Assembly: GCA_963776365.1 (NCBI GenBank)
Contig: CAVZMQ010000004.1
Span: 2,054 to 66,053 of the forward strand
DNA length: 64,000 nucleotides
Reading direction: 5' to 3'
Source of the DNA: Candidatus Acidiferrales bacterium
Lineage (GTDB): Bacteria; Acidobacteriota; Terriglobia; Acidiferrales; UBA7541
Of the stretch, positions 11,155-21,861 are shown piece by piece. Within the stretch, counting starts at the first letter, position 1. Every line of letters begins with the position of its first letter. Below the pieces are notes generated by a model. The model was not told the origin of the DNA. It did no database searches and saw only the letters and a program-made list of their open reading frames with translations. The translations under genes and the position numbers were made by a program.

Positions 11155-11577
11155 GTGCTGGAACCTTTGCCCTGGGATACGGAGGCGTCATGCGACCTTC
11201 ACGGGCTCCCTGGTGGCTTTACAGCAGGATCTTTCCTCTGTAGCTTTTCGCTACTGGTCTACAACTCTATCTGGGGTATCGCACCACTTGGCTTTGATTT
11301 CGAAGCAAGCACTGGCTCTATGATTGTCAGTCGAGTTGCTCCTGGCGGAGCTGCAGAGCGGGCCGGGCTTCGTACGGGGGATCGATTCATCGCTGTGGCT
11401 GGAGTTCCTATCCGCAAAGAAAAGGAAATTTTTGACTTCTACTATCGCGCAGGGGCAAATTTTGAATCTGACCATCCGATCCGGCTCGAAGTTGAGCGTC
11501 AGGGAGCACCAGTCGAACTTAGCGTTAACCTCCGAAAAGGAACTCCGAGAGACTTGGGGTGGGTTGACTTACTTTGA
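11155..11577 (+). pseudogene. PDZ-domain protein fragment, truncated
   Basis: PLGF...VSRVAPGGAAERAGLRTGDRFIAVAG PDZ signature; ends abruptly just after the domain. Confidence 0.65.
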
Positions 11578-11989
11578 GCCAATAAAGCATCCTCCCGAAC
11601 CTGCCAAGGATCACGAACGCCTGAAAAGAATATTGCAGAATAAGCGCAAACAATTGCCGAGCGGAGCAAGGGGAATTATCCTCTTTGATGTGTCAGAACT
11701 CTTCATGCTCAGTGAGTTCTCCATTGAGCGGGCGCTGTATGGGGACACACTCGTCGAGTTCCCGCGTGTGGACAGTCCGGGACAAGCAGTGGGGCAAGAA
11801 AACTGGAGAAGAAGCAGGAATGGATTTCTTCTGCAAACTTCTCGCGTGTCCGCAGTTGTGTTCCAAAGACGAGAAATTAAAGACGGATCATCTAAGATCG
11901 CCCGACAAGTTTATCCGACAAATCGAGCAGACGCCGATACGATTCGCCTCAATCTGGCAGAGCTAAAGCGTTTGTTAGCGCCGGTTTAA
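11570..11989 (+). pseudogene. C-terminal fragment of an unknown protein fused at a junction near 11570
   Basis: Protein-like sequence (LKRILQNKRKQLP...GIILFD...SAVVF) only after 11570; the upstream part of ORF 11324 overlaps the PDZ gene in another frame. Confidence 0.4.
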
Positions 11990-12585
11990 AAGGGATCCAC
12001 TTTCGCCGTTTTGCGCTGAGCCATTTGTCTGAAGGGCTGCCTTGGGGCACACCCACACTCTGACTGTGCATGAAGCGAGCAGTCTCAGTTCCGAGTTTAT
12101 TTTCCGCCAGATCACGCTGTCAGCTCACTGGCGTTCCTCCCGCGCCGTCAGCAGGATCGTGATTCGTAGAATGTCGGTTGTGTTCGGTGTGCCATCTTGA
12201 CCGACTCGATGACCGAGTGCAATTTTTCTGCCCGCTGATCCTTCCCGACACGCAGCAGTAGTAGTCTGGCGTGATCTGTTGAGATATGGGAAAGTCACGC
12301 AGGCGTAGACTCGGCGGCTGGAGTGGTCTTGCATGAGGAACACTACACAGCTCCGGCATTCCTTCCGCGAGAGCAAGAGAGAGTTTGGCGCTGGAGTTGA
12401 ACATTGAAAGCCAAAAACGGAAGTTCGTTAAACTCCTGACGAGAATTTAAATCGAAGCGCGTCGGCGTGCAAGATTTAGAAACTTATTTAGTCACAATGG
12501 AATGACCGGCTCCGATTCGCAGTCGTGGGTTATGCTGCGAATCGGAAGACAAGCAGTACAGAGCCACAAGCGAAGGAGCCGGTCG

Positions 12586-13719
12586 ATGAAAAGAATAAAA
12601 TTTGTTGGTTTGGATGTCCATGCCGAAACGATTGCGGTGGCGGTTGCCGAGCAGGACGGGGAGGTGAGAACGCTCGGGGTCATTCCGAATCGGGAGGAGT
12701 CGATTCGGAAGCTGGTCAAGAAACTGGGACCTGTGGAGCAGCTGTGTTTCTGCTATGAGGCGGGCCCAACAGGTTATGTCGTGTACTGGCAGCTGACGGC
12801 ACTGGGGGCGAAGTGCGAAGTAGTGGCCCCAACGCTGGTACCGGTGAAATCGGGCGAGCGGGTGAAGACTGATCGACGCGATGCGGTAAAGCTGGCGCGG
12901 AATTATCGGGCCGGAGAGTTGACGGCGGTGTGGGTACCGGATGCGGCCCAGGAGGCCTTGCGAGATCTGGTACGAGCCCGGGAGGCGGCTAAGAAAGATC
13001 AGTTGCGGGCGAAACACCGGCTAAGCAAGTTTCTCTTGCGGCACGGGAGGCGGCCGGCAAGCGGTGTGAAGCCTTGGACATTGAATTACATGGCGTGGGT
13101 AAAAAAGGAAGTCCACTTCGAACAAGCGGCGCAGGAAGCCACCTTATTGGATTACTTACACGAGGTGGAGCACGCAGAAACCCGCATCACACGGCTGGAC
13201 CAGGCCATCGATGAAGCAGTGAAGTCGACAACACCGAAGATGCGTGCGGTGATCGAGGGATTGCAAGCCCTGCGGGGGTTGGCTCAAGTCGCGGCGGTGA
13301 CGATCGTGGCGGAACTGGGAGAAATATCGCGATTCCCAGGGGCTCGGGAGTTGATGGGCTACGGCGGGATCGTCGCGAGCGAACATTCCAGTGGAGAAAG
13401 TAGCCGGCGAGGGGGCATCACTAAGACCGGGAATGCGCACGTACGGCGCGTGGTCGTGGAGGCCGCCTGGGCGTACCGCCACCGGCCAAACGTAGGTGCA
13501 GCTTTACGCAAGCGGCAAGAGTTGGTCAGCGAAGAAGTGCGAGAGATCGCCTGGAAAGCGCAGCATCGGTTGCATGCGCGTTATCGGAAGCTGACGGCAC
13601 GAGGAAAGGAAAAAGGGAAGGTTGTGACCGCGATCGGGCGTGAGCTATTGGGTTTTATCTGGGCCATTGGGGTAAAAGTAGAGGCAGCACAGAAGGAACC
13701 CGAACGGCGGGCGGCATGA
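12586..13719 (+). CDS. IS110/IS1111 family transposase, intact
   Basis: FVGLDVH, CYEAGPTG, KTDRRDA (DEDD); SEHSSG, GGITKTGN; RBS AGGAG before ATG 12586. Confidence 0.95.
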   Translation: MKRIKFVGLDVHAETIAVAVAEQDGEVRTLGVIPNREESIRKLVKKLGPVEQLCFCYEAGPTGYVVYWQLTALGAKCEVVAPTLVPVKSGERVKTDRRDAVKLARNYRAGELTAVWVPDAAQEALRDLVRAREAAKKDQLRAKHRLSKFLLRHGRRPASGVKPWTLNYMAWVKKEVHFEQAAQEATLLDYLHEVEHAETRITRLDQAIDEAVKSTTPKMRAVIEGLQALRGLAQVAAVTIVAELGEISRFPGARELMGYGGIVASEHSSGESSRRGGITKTGNAHVRRVVVEAAWAYRHRPNVGAALRKRQELVSEEVREIAWKAQHRLHARYRKLTARGKEKGKVVTAIGRELLGFIWAIGVKVEAAQKEPERRAA

Positions 13720-14010
13720 GGTGAGTTTTTTATGCAGCAAGAATTTTCCAGGAGGCAGCGTGAGTAGCGGTCGAGAGGCGCATGGAAAGGAGAATCCTCG
13801 AAAACTCTATGCGGTAGGTCTGCGGACCGAACCCGCGCCTTTAGTCCGAGGCAGCTCCCGACGGATCACGATTATGCGGTTTCGACCCGCGAATATCAGA
13901 GTGATCAACCGTCGCAATAGCCGCCTCGACCGCGACTTGCGCTGCCTCACAAGGAAGGATCACAGGGGAAGAGAGGAAGAAAAGAAAAAAACAGGAGATT
14001 GCACTTGACA
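13720..14010 (+). ncRNA. Candidate seekRNA/bridge RNA of the IS1111-type element
   Basis: ~290-nt region between the stop codon and the right IR, where IS1111-type elements carry their guide RNA; structure not computed. Confidence 0.55.
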
Positions 14011-14670
14011 GGTCATTCCATATCAGAGTTCGTACTGCATCCTTGCCAGCGGGCTCTGGTGGATCACCGGCCCCGTCCAACACCGGCCAGAATGGCTCCG
14101 TTTTTCGCTGGCGTCGACAAGCGTTTTGGAGATTTAGGGGACCATGATCATCTTTCAGCGGAGAATGCACCATGACCCGACAGTCCGCCCCCGGCCAGAA
14201 TTGAAGCGACTGATGGATGAAGGAAAGACTTTCGAAATATCCCTGACAGACAAAGCGTTCTTAGAATTTTATTTGAATCATCGATTCGGTGTCGCTGACC
14301 CAGTTTATGGCGGGCAGATTCCGCGCCGAATTGGCTGCCCGGAGGGGTTGGGGGCGGCAGGGGCGTTTCCGAGGCGGTGGAGGGCTTTGTGACCAGCTTG
14401 GGACGAATGTCTGGTGTCCGCGACGATCGTCGTTGCAGCAACCGTTTGTGATACGTTCGAAAGGCCCTCTGTCAGCACCGCTGTAAAGTGCTGATCCTGA
14501 GATGGGTGCCACTTCTACGGATGGCGCGTCTCCCAAGTGACCTGTTTCTGTTTACGCACCACGCCTTGAGTCCAGAACAGACTTGACGCCCAACCCCACA
14601 GTGGACTGCTGTATTGTGCAGACCCCTGGAAGGAATTGCTCAGCATTACATCCTTCCGCAAATCCCGATT

Positions 14671-15060
14671 TCAAATGTTGTTCTTGACCCCATCCTGCCG
14701 AATGCAGGAGGGGTACAGGAAGCTCTTCGTGGAAGAGGTTGAACACGCCGCGCGCAATGACGTCGCGTTCGATCTTGGCGAACCAGAGTTCAATCTGGTT
14801 GAGCCAGGAGGAATAGGTCGGGGTGAAGTGCTGATGGCCTCTTGCCCGGCGTGCCTGCTGAACAGCCCTGCCAGCCGCTCTTCCCGAAATCGCTTGTTGC
14901 AGCGATCGATAAACGCGTCATTACAGTCCAACTTGTCACGAATCGCGACCCAGATATGGCCTGCCTCCAGCAACAACAGCAGCCGCGCCCTGCGGGCGTC
15001 ATCGGTGCGCCCACTGCGGCTAGCCTCTCGCTGGTTGAGTTCCATGCCCTCCAAGTAGGC
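14671..15060 (-). pseudogene. IS630 family transposase remnant with internal deletion
   Basis: N-terminal RRARLLLLL...KRF.EERLAGL..RH.G joined to a degenerate C-terminal (W)LN-type motif region. Confidence 0.7.
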
Positions 15061-15266
15061 CAGCAATTTCACCATAGCGACCCAATGGAACGCTTCTTCT
15101 GGGAAGACCGCATGATGTGAGGCAGGCCAGACTCTACATGGATACCTCAGCTCTGACGCACCCGATAAATCCAAGTTTCTGGCACTTTCACAACAACGAG
15201 ATTAGCCACACCTCGCTTTTCAGCGTTCGCTACTACCTCGTCGTAAGTCGCGCCGTAAGCAATAAG

Positions 15267-16726
15267 GTATTTGTTTAGCGTCTAGACACTTTTTCTCAAG
15301 AATGTAGTTGTCTGCATCCGCGAAGCGGTTATTTTGTCGATGTGGCGGAAGAGCATACCGCAGAAAAGATCGCGCAGCTCGAGCAAGAAATTGAAGCATT
15401 GAAGAAAGAGAACGAACGTCTGCGGCGGCTGTTGGAAGAGGCGCTACGAGCCGCGAAGCGACAAGCGGCCCCCTTCTCGCGGCAGAAACCCAAAGCCCAG
15501 CCCCAAAGACCCGGACGCAAAGCAGGAAAGCAGTATGGGCGCCGCTATCGCCGGCCCCTTCCCGACACCGTTGATGAAGTTGTCGAGGTACCGCTGCCAG
15601 CCCGCTGTCCGCGATGCGGAGGCGGGCTGGAAGAGTGCCAGACCGTTGCGCAGTTCCAAACCGAGATTCCGGAACCGCGGGTGCAGCGCATTGAGTTTCG
15701 CATTTCTGTCGGGCGCTGTAGGCGTTGCCGACGGCGAGTGCAGGGGCGACATCCACGGCAAACCTCGGATGCCCTCGGCAGTGCCTCGTCGCAACTCGGA
15801 CCGCGAGCGCTGGCCCTGGCCACGCAACTCAAGAAAGGTTTAGGACTGCCCTACGGCAAGACGGTCACGGTGCTCCAGCAAGCCTTCGGATTACAGGTGA
15901 GTCGCGGCGGCTTGTGCCAGGCCCTGGCGCGGGTGGCGAGTAAAGCAGAACCAACGTATAACGCGTTGGTAGAAGAGGTTCGCCGCAGTGCGAGTGTAAC
16001 CCCGGACGAAACCGGCTGGAGAGTAGGTGGAGAGCTATGGTGGATGTGGGCCTTCAGCACTTCGCAGGTTACCGTCTATAGCATTCAGCCAGGACGCGGA
16101 TTCGAACAAGCGGCCCTGGTGTTGGGAGCGGACTTCGCAGGATTCTTGGTGCGCGACGGGTGGAGCATCTATCGTCAGTTTATCCACGCTCTGCACCAAA
16201 CCTGCTTAGCGCACCTGCTGCGGCGCTGTCGGGAGATGATTCTGGTGGCGAGAAGACGGGAAGCGGAATTCCCGCGCACCATCGAAACCATCTTGCAGGA
16301 ATCTTTGCAGCTGCGCGATCGTCGTCAGCAACGACAGATCAGCGAACACGGATTAGCGGTGGCCCGGGGAAGGTTGGAAGTGCGGATGGATCGGACCTTG
16401 GAACGGCGCTATCGCTCACCGCAGAATCGCCGTTTGGCCAACCATCTGTTACGGGAGCGGGAGGCTCTATTTACGTTCCTGAGCTGTCCCGGTCTGGAAG
16501 CGACGAACTGGCGAGCCGAACAGGCCATCCGCCCGATGGTGGTGACCCGCAAAGTCTGGGGCGGGAATCGAACCTCGCGCGGAGCGCACACGCAAAGCAT
16601 TCTCGTTAGCATTCTGCAAACTTGCCGTCAGCAACTCCGCTCCGCTTCTTCTATTCTTCAAAAGCTGATCTGTGCTTCTCAGCCCAAGCCTTTGGACTTA
16701 ACTGTCCCTATGCGCTAAACAAGTAC
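15267..16726 (+). mobile_element. Single-ORF IS66 family element, 1460 bp
   Basis: TIRs GTA(T/C)TTGTTTAGCG; 8-bp TSD GCAATAAG at 15259-15266 and 16727-16734. Confidence 0.93.
15342..16718 (+). CDS. IS66 family transposase (TnpC-like)
   Basis: Coiled coil, CPRCG zinc finger, PDETGWR, RDGWSIY, QTCLAHLLR, ATNWRAEQAIRP. Confidence 0.95.
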   Translation: MAEEHTAEKIAQLEQEIEALKKENERLRRLLEEALRAAKRQAAPFSRQKPKAQPQRPGRKAGKQYGRRYRRPLPDTVDEVVEVPLPARCPRCGGGLEECQTVAQFQTEIPEPRVQRIEFRISVGRCRRCRRRVQGRHPRQTSDALGSASSQLGPRALALATQLKKGLGLPYGKTVTVLQQAFGLQVSRGGLCQALARVASKAEPTYNALVEEVRRSASVTPDETGWRVGGELWWMWAFSTSQVTVYSIQPGRGFEQAALVLGADFAGFLVRDGWSIYRQFIHALHQTCLAHLLRRCREMILVARRREAEFPRTIETILQESLQLRDRRQQRQISEHGLAVARGRLEVRMDRTLERRYRSPQNRRLANHLLREREALFTFLSCPGLEATNWRAEQAIRPMVVTRKVWGGNRTSRGAHTQSILVSILQTCRQQLRSASSILQKLICASQPKPLDLTVPMR

Positions 16727-17004
16727 GCAATAAGTTGCTCTTCATCTTCAGAGAAGGCAATCCATCCATTTGAGGGCGCTTTGCGTAAAGTTTCTACCTT
16801 AGCCAGGGAGCTCATCTTCGGGTACCTCATTTTCCTCTCTAGACTTTGTATGATGTGGGAAGTTCGGATTAGTTTCATTTGAAATGCGAAATGATGAACT
16901 GCTCGCAAGTTGCGGGGTGTCACCTACAATGACCTGCGCAAAGTCAAACGATTGATCAACACGACAGAAATCATAGAACTGCAAGAGGGATTCAGTGCGC
17001 GCCT

Positions 17005-17469
17005 TTACCAGGGGATTGCGCCGATCTCCGACTCTCTGCCCCGAAACGAGCGGTAGATATTACGAAGGATTCTGTTGCAGGCTCTGAGATAAAGAGAAGA
17101 TGACAGCGCGCTGTAAACCTGCAACCTCGCCCGTAGCAACCGAGCTCGTGCGGCTCCAGTTGTAATGTTCAAGATCCATGCGGTCTCCGATGTATTGAGA
17201 TTCTTGACGTCCCCAAGGAAGAGCACTTCCCTGTATTTCATGGGCAGACTCACAATTGCTCTCCAAAGCGCGTCACCCAATTCTTTCTTCTCAAAGGCCC
17301 TACAGGCAATCTCGCGCCAGTCCACCAAACCCTGATACCACTTCGCGGTTTTCAGCATGAATTTATCCGCGTTTCGATGTTCGCGGTGGCACATAGTCCC
17401 GTTAATGGCATTCCGCAGGAAAACCTTTTCAAAACTCACCGCGGTTATCGGAAGTGTTCTTGTAACCAT
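17005..17469 (-). pseudogene. Degenerate ECF sigma factor (region 4 remnant)
   Basis: SLPMKYREVLFLGDVKNLNTSETAWILNITTGAARARLLRAR; no region 2. Confidence 0.65.
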
Positions 17470-17659
17470 GCCAATGAGATGAGGGCGACCGTAGAAAGTT
17501 GCAGTAAAAAAATCGAATCAGCTTATTCGTTTCGGAAAAATCGGAAGCGTGCGCTTTACCCGAGCTTTGTAAGATGTAGAGGGGTTCATAAGTGGCGAGT
17601 ACTTTCTTTTAAACTTTTGAAACTTTTGCCTCTCTTCGTTCTCCAACTTACTAACAAGG

Positions 17660-17862
17660 CGAAGAGTCTCACAAGATGCATCACTGGAAATCGTGAGGAT
17701 GCCGAAGATGCGATGCAGGAGGCTTTTCTGAAGGCTTACCTACACCTCCAAGATTTCCACGGTGATTCTCGGTTCTGTACATGGCTCGTACGAATCGCTG
17801 CTAATGAAGCGTTGATGCGGCTGCGCAAACGCCGGCCGAATCAGTTCTCACTGGATGCGTGA
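17660..17862 (+). pseudogene. ECF sigma factor region 2 fragment
   Basis: GNREDAEDAMQEAFLKAYLHLQDFHGDSRFCTWLVRIAANEALMRLRK; both ends truncated. Confidence 0.7.
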
Positions 17863-18047
17863 CTTGCCCGTGGCATGGCTATCAGTACTTGCCGGAGACA
17901 GGAGCTTCGCCACCGCCGTTTACCGAAAAGGTCTCAACCTTCCATACCCGAATCGTAAACGGACGCGTTTGGATCGACCCAAAACCGAACCCGCCGGGTA
18001 CCCCCGTCGAACCAGCCAGAATTCCGGACGCAGGGGTGCAGGCATGA
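17859..18047 (+). pseudogene. C-terminal fragment of a Rieske (2Fe-2S) protein
   Basis: TCPWHGYQY second Rieske box; first box missing. Confidence 0.75.
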
Positions 18048-18798
18048 ACGAATTCTATGTCGGGTCGGGTATCTTCCAAAAGCACCTGTTGGGATCGCAC
18101 GCCGAATCCGGACCGTAGTGGTGCTGCTGTTTATTTTCGCGGCGATCGCGGCGATAGTGTTTGCTAGAGTCCAACGCACATTCGCTCCGTCGGTTTTCGA
18201 ATACGGCAAAGTAGCTACCTTTGAAGGCACCATTGAAACGAACCCGTATCCAATCCTGATTGTGACGGGGCCGAGTTCGCCAGAGCCTAAGGTTTTGCGT
18301 TATTTGCTGGTCGCGGAAGGCAAGCATGGCGCCGATAGCCAAGTGGCTGCGTTTACTGGAAAGACCGTGCAACTCCGCGGCACGAAGATCTATCGCGATA
18401 ACCAGACGATGATTGAAGTCGTGACCGGTTCGATATCGGTGATGGGTGACTCGAAGCAACCTCGGCAGACAAGCAAGGAATTAGGAAATTTCGAGCTAAC
18501 TGGTGAGATTGTAGACAGCAAGTGTTACTTGGGAGTGATGAACCCGGGCAACGGCAAAGTGCACCGTGATTGCGCGGTGCGTTGCCTTAGCGGGGGCATC
18601 CCACCTGTGTTTGCGACCAACGATTTCGATGGCCGTCCCGCGATCCTTATCCTCACTGATCACAGCAAAGCTCCCCTGCCCAAGGAAGCATTTCTAGGCC
18701 GAGTAGCCCAACCAGTTCGCATTCGTGGGACGGTCACCCAGACAGGGGACACCTTATTCCTCGAAACAGAGCCATCCGCAATTTCACCCCTCCCTTAA
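18044..18798 (+). pseudogene. Conserved membrane-anchored protein, frameshifted by a 5-bp duplication (TCGGG) near 18061
   Basis: Removing 5 bp joins MNEFYVGYLPKAP... in frame to ORF 18118; DSKCYLGVMNPG...HRDCAVRCLSGGIPP motif. Confidence 0.7.
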
Positions 18799-18892
18799 GC
18801 TGGGTTACCCTGAATTGTCCCCTGATTCCCTGAATCCGGAAGGAGTTCGGTAGCATCGGATTTGACTAAGGAATGCCAGGAGGCTCGCTCCC

Positions 18893-19290
18893 ATGGACGA
18901 CGTTCGCGAAATCAATGCTGCCAAGACCGAACTTCGAGAAGCCTATAACACGGGAGATGTAGATCGGCTTCTCGCCATTTATGCGCCCTGGGGCTTTACG
19001 GACATGTCCGAGGGCGGACCCAACAAGTACCGCGAGGACGCCAAACTGAATTTACGCGTCAAGCTATCGGAACTCTTCAAAGAATATCTGGTGAAGTTCT
19101 TTCCTATCGTGAACAGAGTCACCGTTCTCGGCGACACCGCCTATGATTACGGCTGGCATGAGTTCATTCTGACGCCAAAATGTGGCGGACCGCCGATTCG
19201 AAAGCGGCAGCGCTATTTTGAGTTGTGGACCAAGGACGGAATCGCGAGATTGGAAAATCTCACTTCATATCAATAATGAAGATGTATGAG
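18893..19290 (+). CDS. NTF2-like/DUF4440 protein, probable frameshift near the C-terminus
   Basis: RBS AGGAGG; NTF2-like pattern (V.VLGDTAYDYGW); expected terminal strand DWKISLHINN lies in another frame. Confidence 0.7.
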
Positions 19291-19412
19291 AGGAGTTAGG
19301 TGGTTGCACAAGCCACTGGTTCATGGGCGAGGAGACAGGCCCGGCGCAGTTAAATTGAGGATCGGATGTGCTGTTTGGCAGCGGGTGCGCCGGCAGTCTG
19401 TAGTGTGACGTG

Positions 19413-19649
19413 CTACTTATTCTTGATTTTGGCGTACAGGCGCTTGCTAAAACCTTCGGGCATCTGGTACTCAACACCATCAGCTACGAGTTTCACGACG
19501 TTCTTGGTCCCATCGAGGATGGCTGTGCAGTGGGCGCAGGCCCTGAAATGCGCTTCCATACGGCCGCGCATCTCCGGGTCAACATCTCCGTCCAAGTAAT
19601 TGGAGATCTCCCGCCAGACCTCAAGGCAGCTTATTTCAATCACCTTCAT
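19413..19649 (-). CDS. zf-HC2 anti-sigma factor
   Basis: ISNYLDG...EAHFRACAHC (HxxxCxxC); directly downstream of the ECF sigma factor. Confidence 0.9.
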   Translation of the reverse strand: MKVIEISCLEVWREISNYLDGDVDPEMRGRMEAHFRACAHCTAILDGTKNVVKLVADGVEYQMPEGFSKRLYAKIKNK

Positions 19650-19698
19650 TGGATTCCGAGGGTCCCTTTTAGTTTCATGCTGCCCGGCGCAAGCTTAC

Positions 19699-20475
19699 CT
19701 ACCACGGTCGAACTTTCTCGAATTCTTGCTTGCCGGAGCTCCAGCTTCCGTCAATACCCGGTGCCAGAGCATCCCGCATCTGTAAGCGCGCCCGGAGAAG
19801 CCTGGTCTTCACACTCCCTTCTGTAATTCCCAGGACCTGAGCAGTTTCCTGGACACTGAGGTGCTGGACGTCCCTTAGTATAAGCACTTCTCTGTATTTC
19901 GGGAGTAGGGAGTTTAAGGCTCTCTTCAACGCCTCACGTAACTCCTCCCGATGGAGTGTTTCGGATGGGATTTCCCGCCAGTCGGCATAGTCTTTGGGAA
20001 AATAGTCCCCCTGATCGTCCGTCTGGTGTTGGTCAACGGACTCATAGAGGTGTCTGCGGTCCTTGCGGAGCTTTAGCCGGGCTTCATTGATGGTGATTTG
20101 AATCAGCCAAGTGCTGAATTTGGCCTCCCCGCGGAATCGGGGTAGGGCTGAGAACGCCTTAAGAACAGCTTCTTGTGCCACTTCTTCAGCGTCTGCGGGA
20201 TTATTGAGAATCGACATGGCGGCGGTAAAGACACCGCGTTCACAAGGTCGTACAAGGCTATAGAAAGCTTCCTTGTCGCCCTGACAGACGCGCTGGATCA
20301 GCTCCGACTCTGTTGTATCAAAGTTTGGCTTGGCTGATCCCGTCGACACGACTTCAGCCTCGGACGCAGCCCCCGATCGTTTAATGAGAACGACGCTGGT
20401 CGTGGCCGAAGACCCCGGTGGGGCTCCCGTTTGAAGATTCTCTTTTTCACCACGGGGCGAGTGGTTGTTCTGCAT
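19699..20475 (-). CDS. ECF sigma-70 factor
   Basis: DAEEVAQEAVLKAF, AKFSTWLIQI, LPKYREVLILRD, VKTRLLRAR. Confidence 0.93.
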   Translation of the reverse strand: MQNNHSPRGEKENLQTGAPPGSSATTSVVLIKRSGAASEAEVVSTGSAKPNFDTTESELIQRVCQGDKEAFYSLVRPCERGVFTAAMSILNNPADAEEVAQEAVLKAFSALPRFRGEAKFSTWLIQITINEARLKLRKDRRHLYESVDQHQTDDQGDYFPKDYADWREIPSETLHREELREALKRALNSLLPKYREVLILRDVQHLSVQETAQVLGITEGSVKTRLLRARLQMRDALAPGIDGSWSSGKQEFEKVRPW

Positions 20476-20669
20476 AAGCCCTCCTCGGTAGACGGTGTGC
20501 ACCTTGTGTTCTTGTGGTTCACTCTGCGCGATGGAAATCAAGAACACATCAGGAGATATGGAGTTTTTGTGCTAATACTATAGACTTGCTGGTTGGTAAC
20601 ACTTTTGGGGTTGCCGAAAGCTTCCCTGCGAACGCGTGAAGCAAAGTGATCGGAGATGACTAGCACGGC

Positions 20670-21092
20670 TCAGGATTTCCGCGAAGATGAAGGCTTACGA
20701 ATGACGATCTCGCGGCGTCCGAACAGGCGCGCATCAAGTGAAAACGCTCCTGGGCCGAGGCAGACGATGGCGATTGCGATCGCGGCGGCCAGGAAAGTTG
20801 CCAGCCTTGTGAGGAACAGACTTGGAGCGTGCGCATGAAACCACGGCGTCCAAGTGGCTACGGTAAGGAGGCCCCCAACAATGGCAGCGAGAGGCGTCCT
20901 ATACCCGATCAGGGCCAAGGTGCCACTCGCGACCATCAGCAGAGCAACTGCCCACATCGCGAGACTTGGAGTATGCGAGTCCGATAGGTAGAGGATCCCT
21001 TGACTGACCAGTGTGACGCCAATGGCAGCTCGCAAGACCAGCAAGCCAAGGCCGGGTCCACCCCCGGGAAAAGTTGAGAATATCCTTCGCAG
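20670..21092 (-). CDS. DoxX-like membrane protein
   Basis: In-frame upstream RIFSTFPGGGPGLGLLVLR; C-terminal LGPGAFSLDARLFG; start codon uncertain. Confidence 0.7.
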   Translation of the reverse strand: MRRIFSTFPGGGPGLGLLVLRAAIGVTLVSQGILYLSDSHTPSLAMWAVALLMVASGTLALIGYRTPLAAIVGGLLTVATWTPWFHAHAPSLFLTRLATFLAAAIAIAIVCLGPGAFSLDARLFGRREIVIRKPSSSRKS

Positions 21093-21231
21093 TCTTGGCC
21101 TCCGGGGTATTCGTTTGCAATGACCAAACGAGTCCGTGGCTAGAGTAGCTTCTACGATTTAAGACCGCATCTGTAGGTTGTGGAATGTTTTCATACTACT
21201 TTCAGAGGATTGGCCGCAGGCCGACGCACCT

Positions 21232-21861
21232 TCAGAGTTGGATAATCCCACGGCGCAATCCGATGGCGACCGCCTGGGTGCGATCGTTGGCGCCCAGCTT
21301 CTCCATGATGTGTTGGATGTGAACCTTAACGGTTCCTTCCGAAATGAAGAGTTTCTCGGCGATGTCACGATTGCCGTTGCCGCCAGCGATCTGTTGGAGA
21401 ACCTCAACCTCGCGAGCGGTGAGAGCATCGTCACTGTAATGGTTGGCTAGATGAGCCGCAATTTCGGGCAGAACCCGTTTTTTCCCTGCATGGACCTGCC
21501 GGATCACTTCCACCAATTCCGTGGCAGGCATACTTTTCAGCACATAAGCACGGGCTCCAGCTTCGAGGGCCCGGTGGATCTCCACGTCGCCTTCAAAGGT
21601 TGTCAACATGATGACTCGAGCTTCGGGAACTTCCGTTCGGATGGCAATCATGGCGTCGATGCCGCTCATATCAGGAAGTCTGAGGTCCATGAGAGTAACA
21701 TCGGGCTGGTGTTCCCGAAACCCTTGAATGGCTTCGCGTCCGTTCGAGGCCTCGCCCACCACCTGCATGTCAGGCTGATCATTGATGACCATCACAATTC
21801 CCTTGCGTATCAGTTGATGGTCATCCACGCTGAAGACGCGGATGGTTGTGCTTTTGCTCAT
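21232..21861 (-). CDS. NarL/LuxR family response regulator (in frame with the upstream kinase)
   Basis: VDDH, DVTLMDL, VLK receiver motifs; LTAREVEVL...SEGTVKVH HTH; own ATG at 21861. Confidence 0.92.
   Translation of the reverse strand: MSKSTTIRVFSVDDHQLIRKGIVMVINDQPDMQVVGEASNGREAIQGFREHQPDVTLMDLRLPDMSGIDAMIAIRTEVPEARVIMLTTFEGDVEIHRALEAGARAYVLKSMPATELVEVIRQVHAGKKRVLPEIAAHLANHYSDDALTAREVEVLQQIAGGNGNRDIAEKLFISEGTVKVHIQHIMEKLGANDRTQAVAIGLRRGIIQL

Larger units (their letters stand above)
12490..14026 (+). mobile_element. IS1111-type (IS110 superfamily) insertion sequence
   Basis: Subterminal inverted repeats ATGGAATGACC (12497-12507) and GGTCATTCCAT (14011-14021); AG core at both ends; long non-coding region downstream of the transposase. 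Confidence 0.85.
15147..16830 (-). pseudogene. Small DUF5678-like gene interrupted by IS66
   Basis: Removing the IS plus one TSD gives MRYPKMSSLAKVETLRKAPSNGWIAFSEDEEQLIAYGATYDEVVANAEKRGVANLVVVKVPETWIYRVRQS with RBS GAGGA. Confidence 0.65.

Noticed and set aside
14617-14631. TGCAGACCCCTGGA, 12/14 match to the junction 14-mer
   Set aside because: Isolated, 38 kb from the cluster, with both arms imperfect; compatible with chance.
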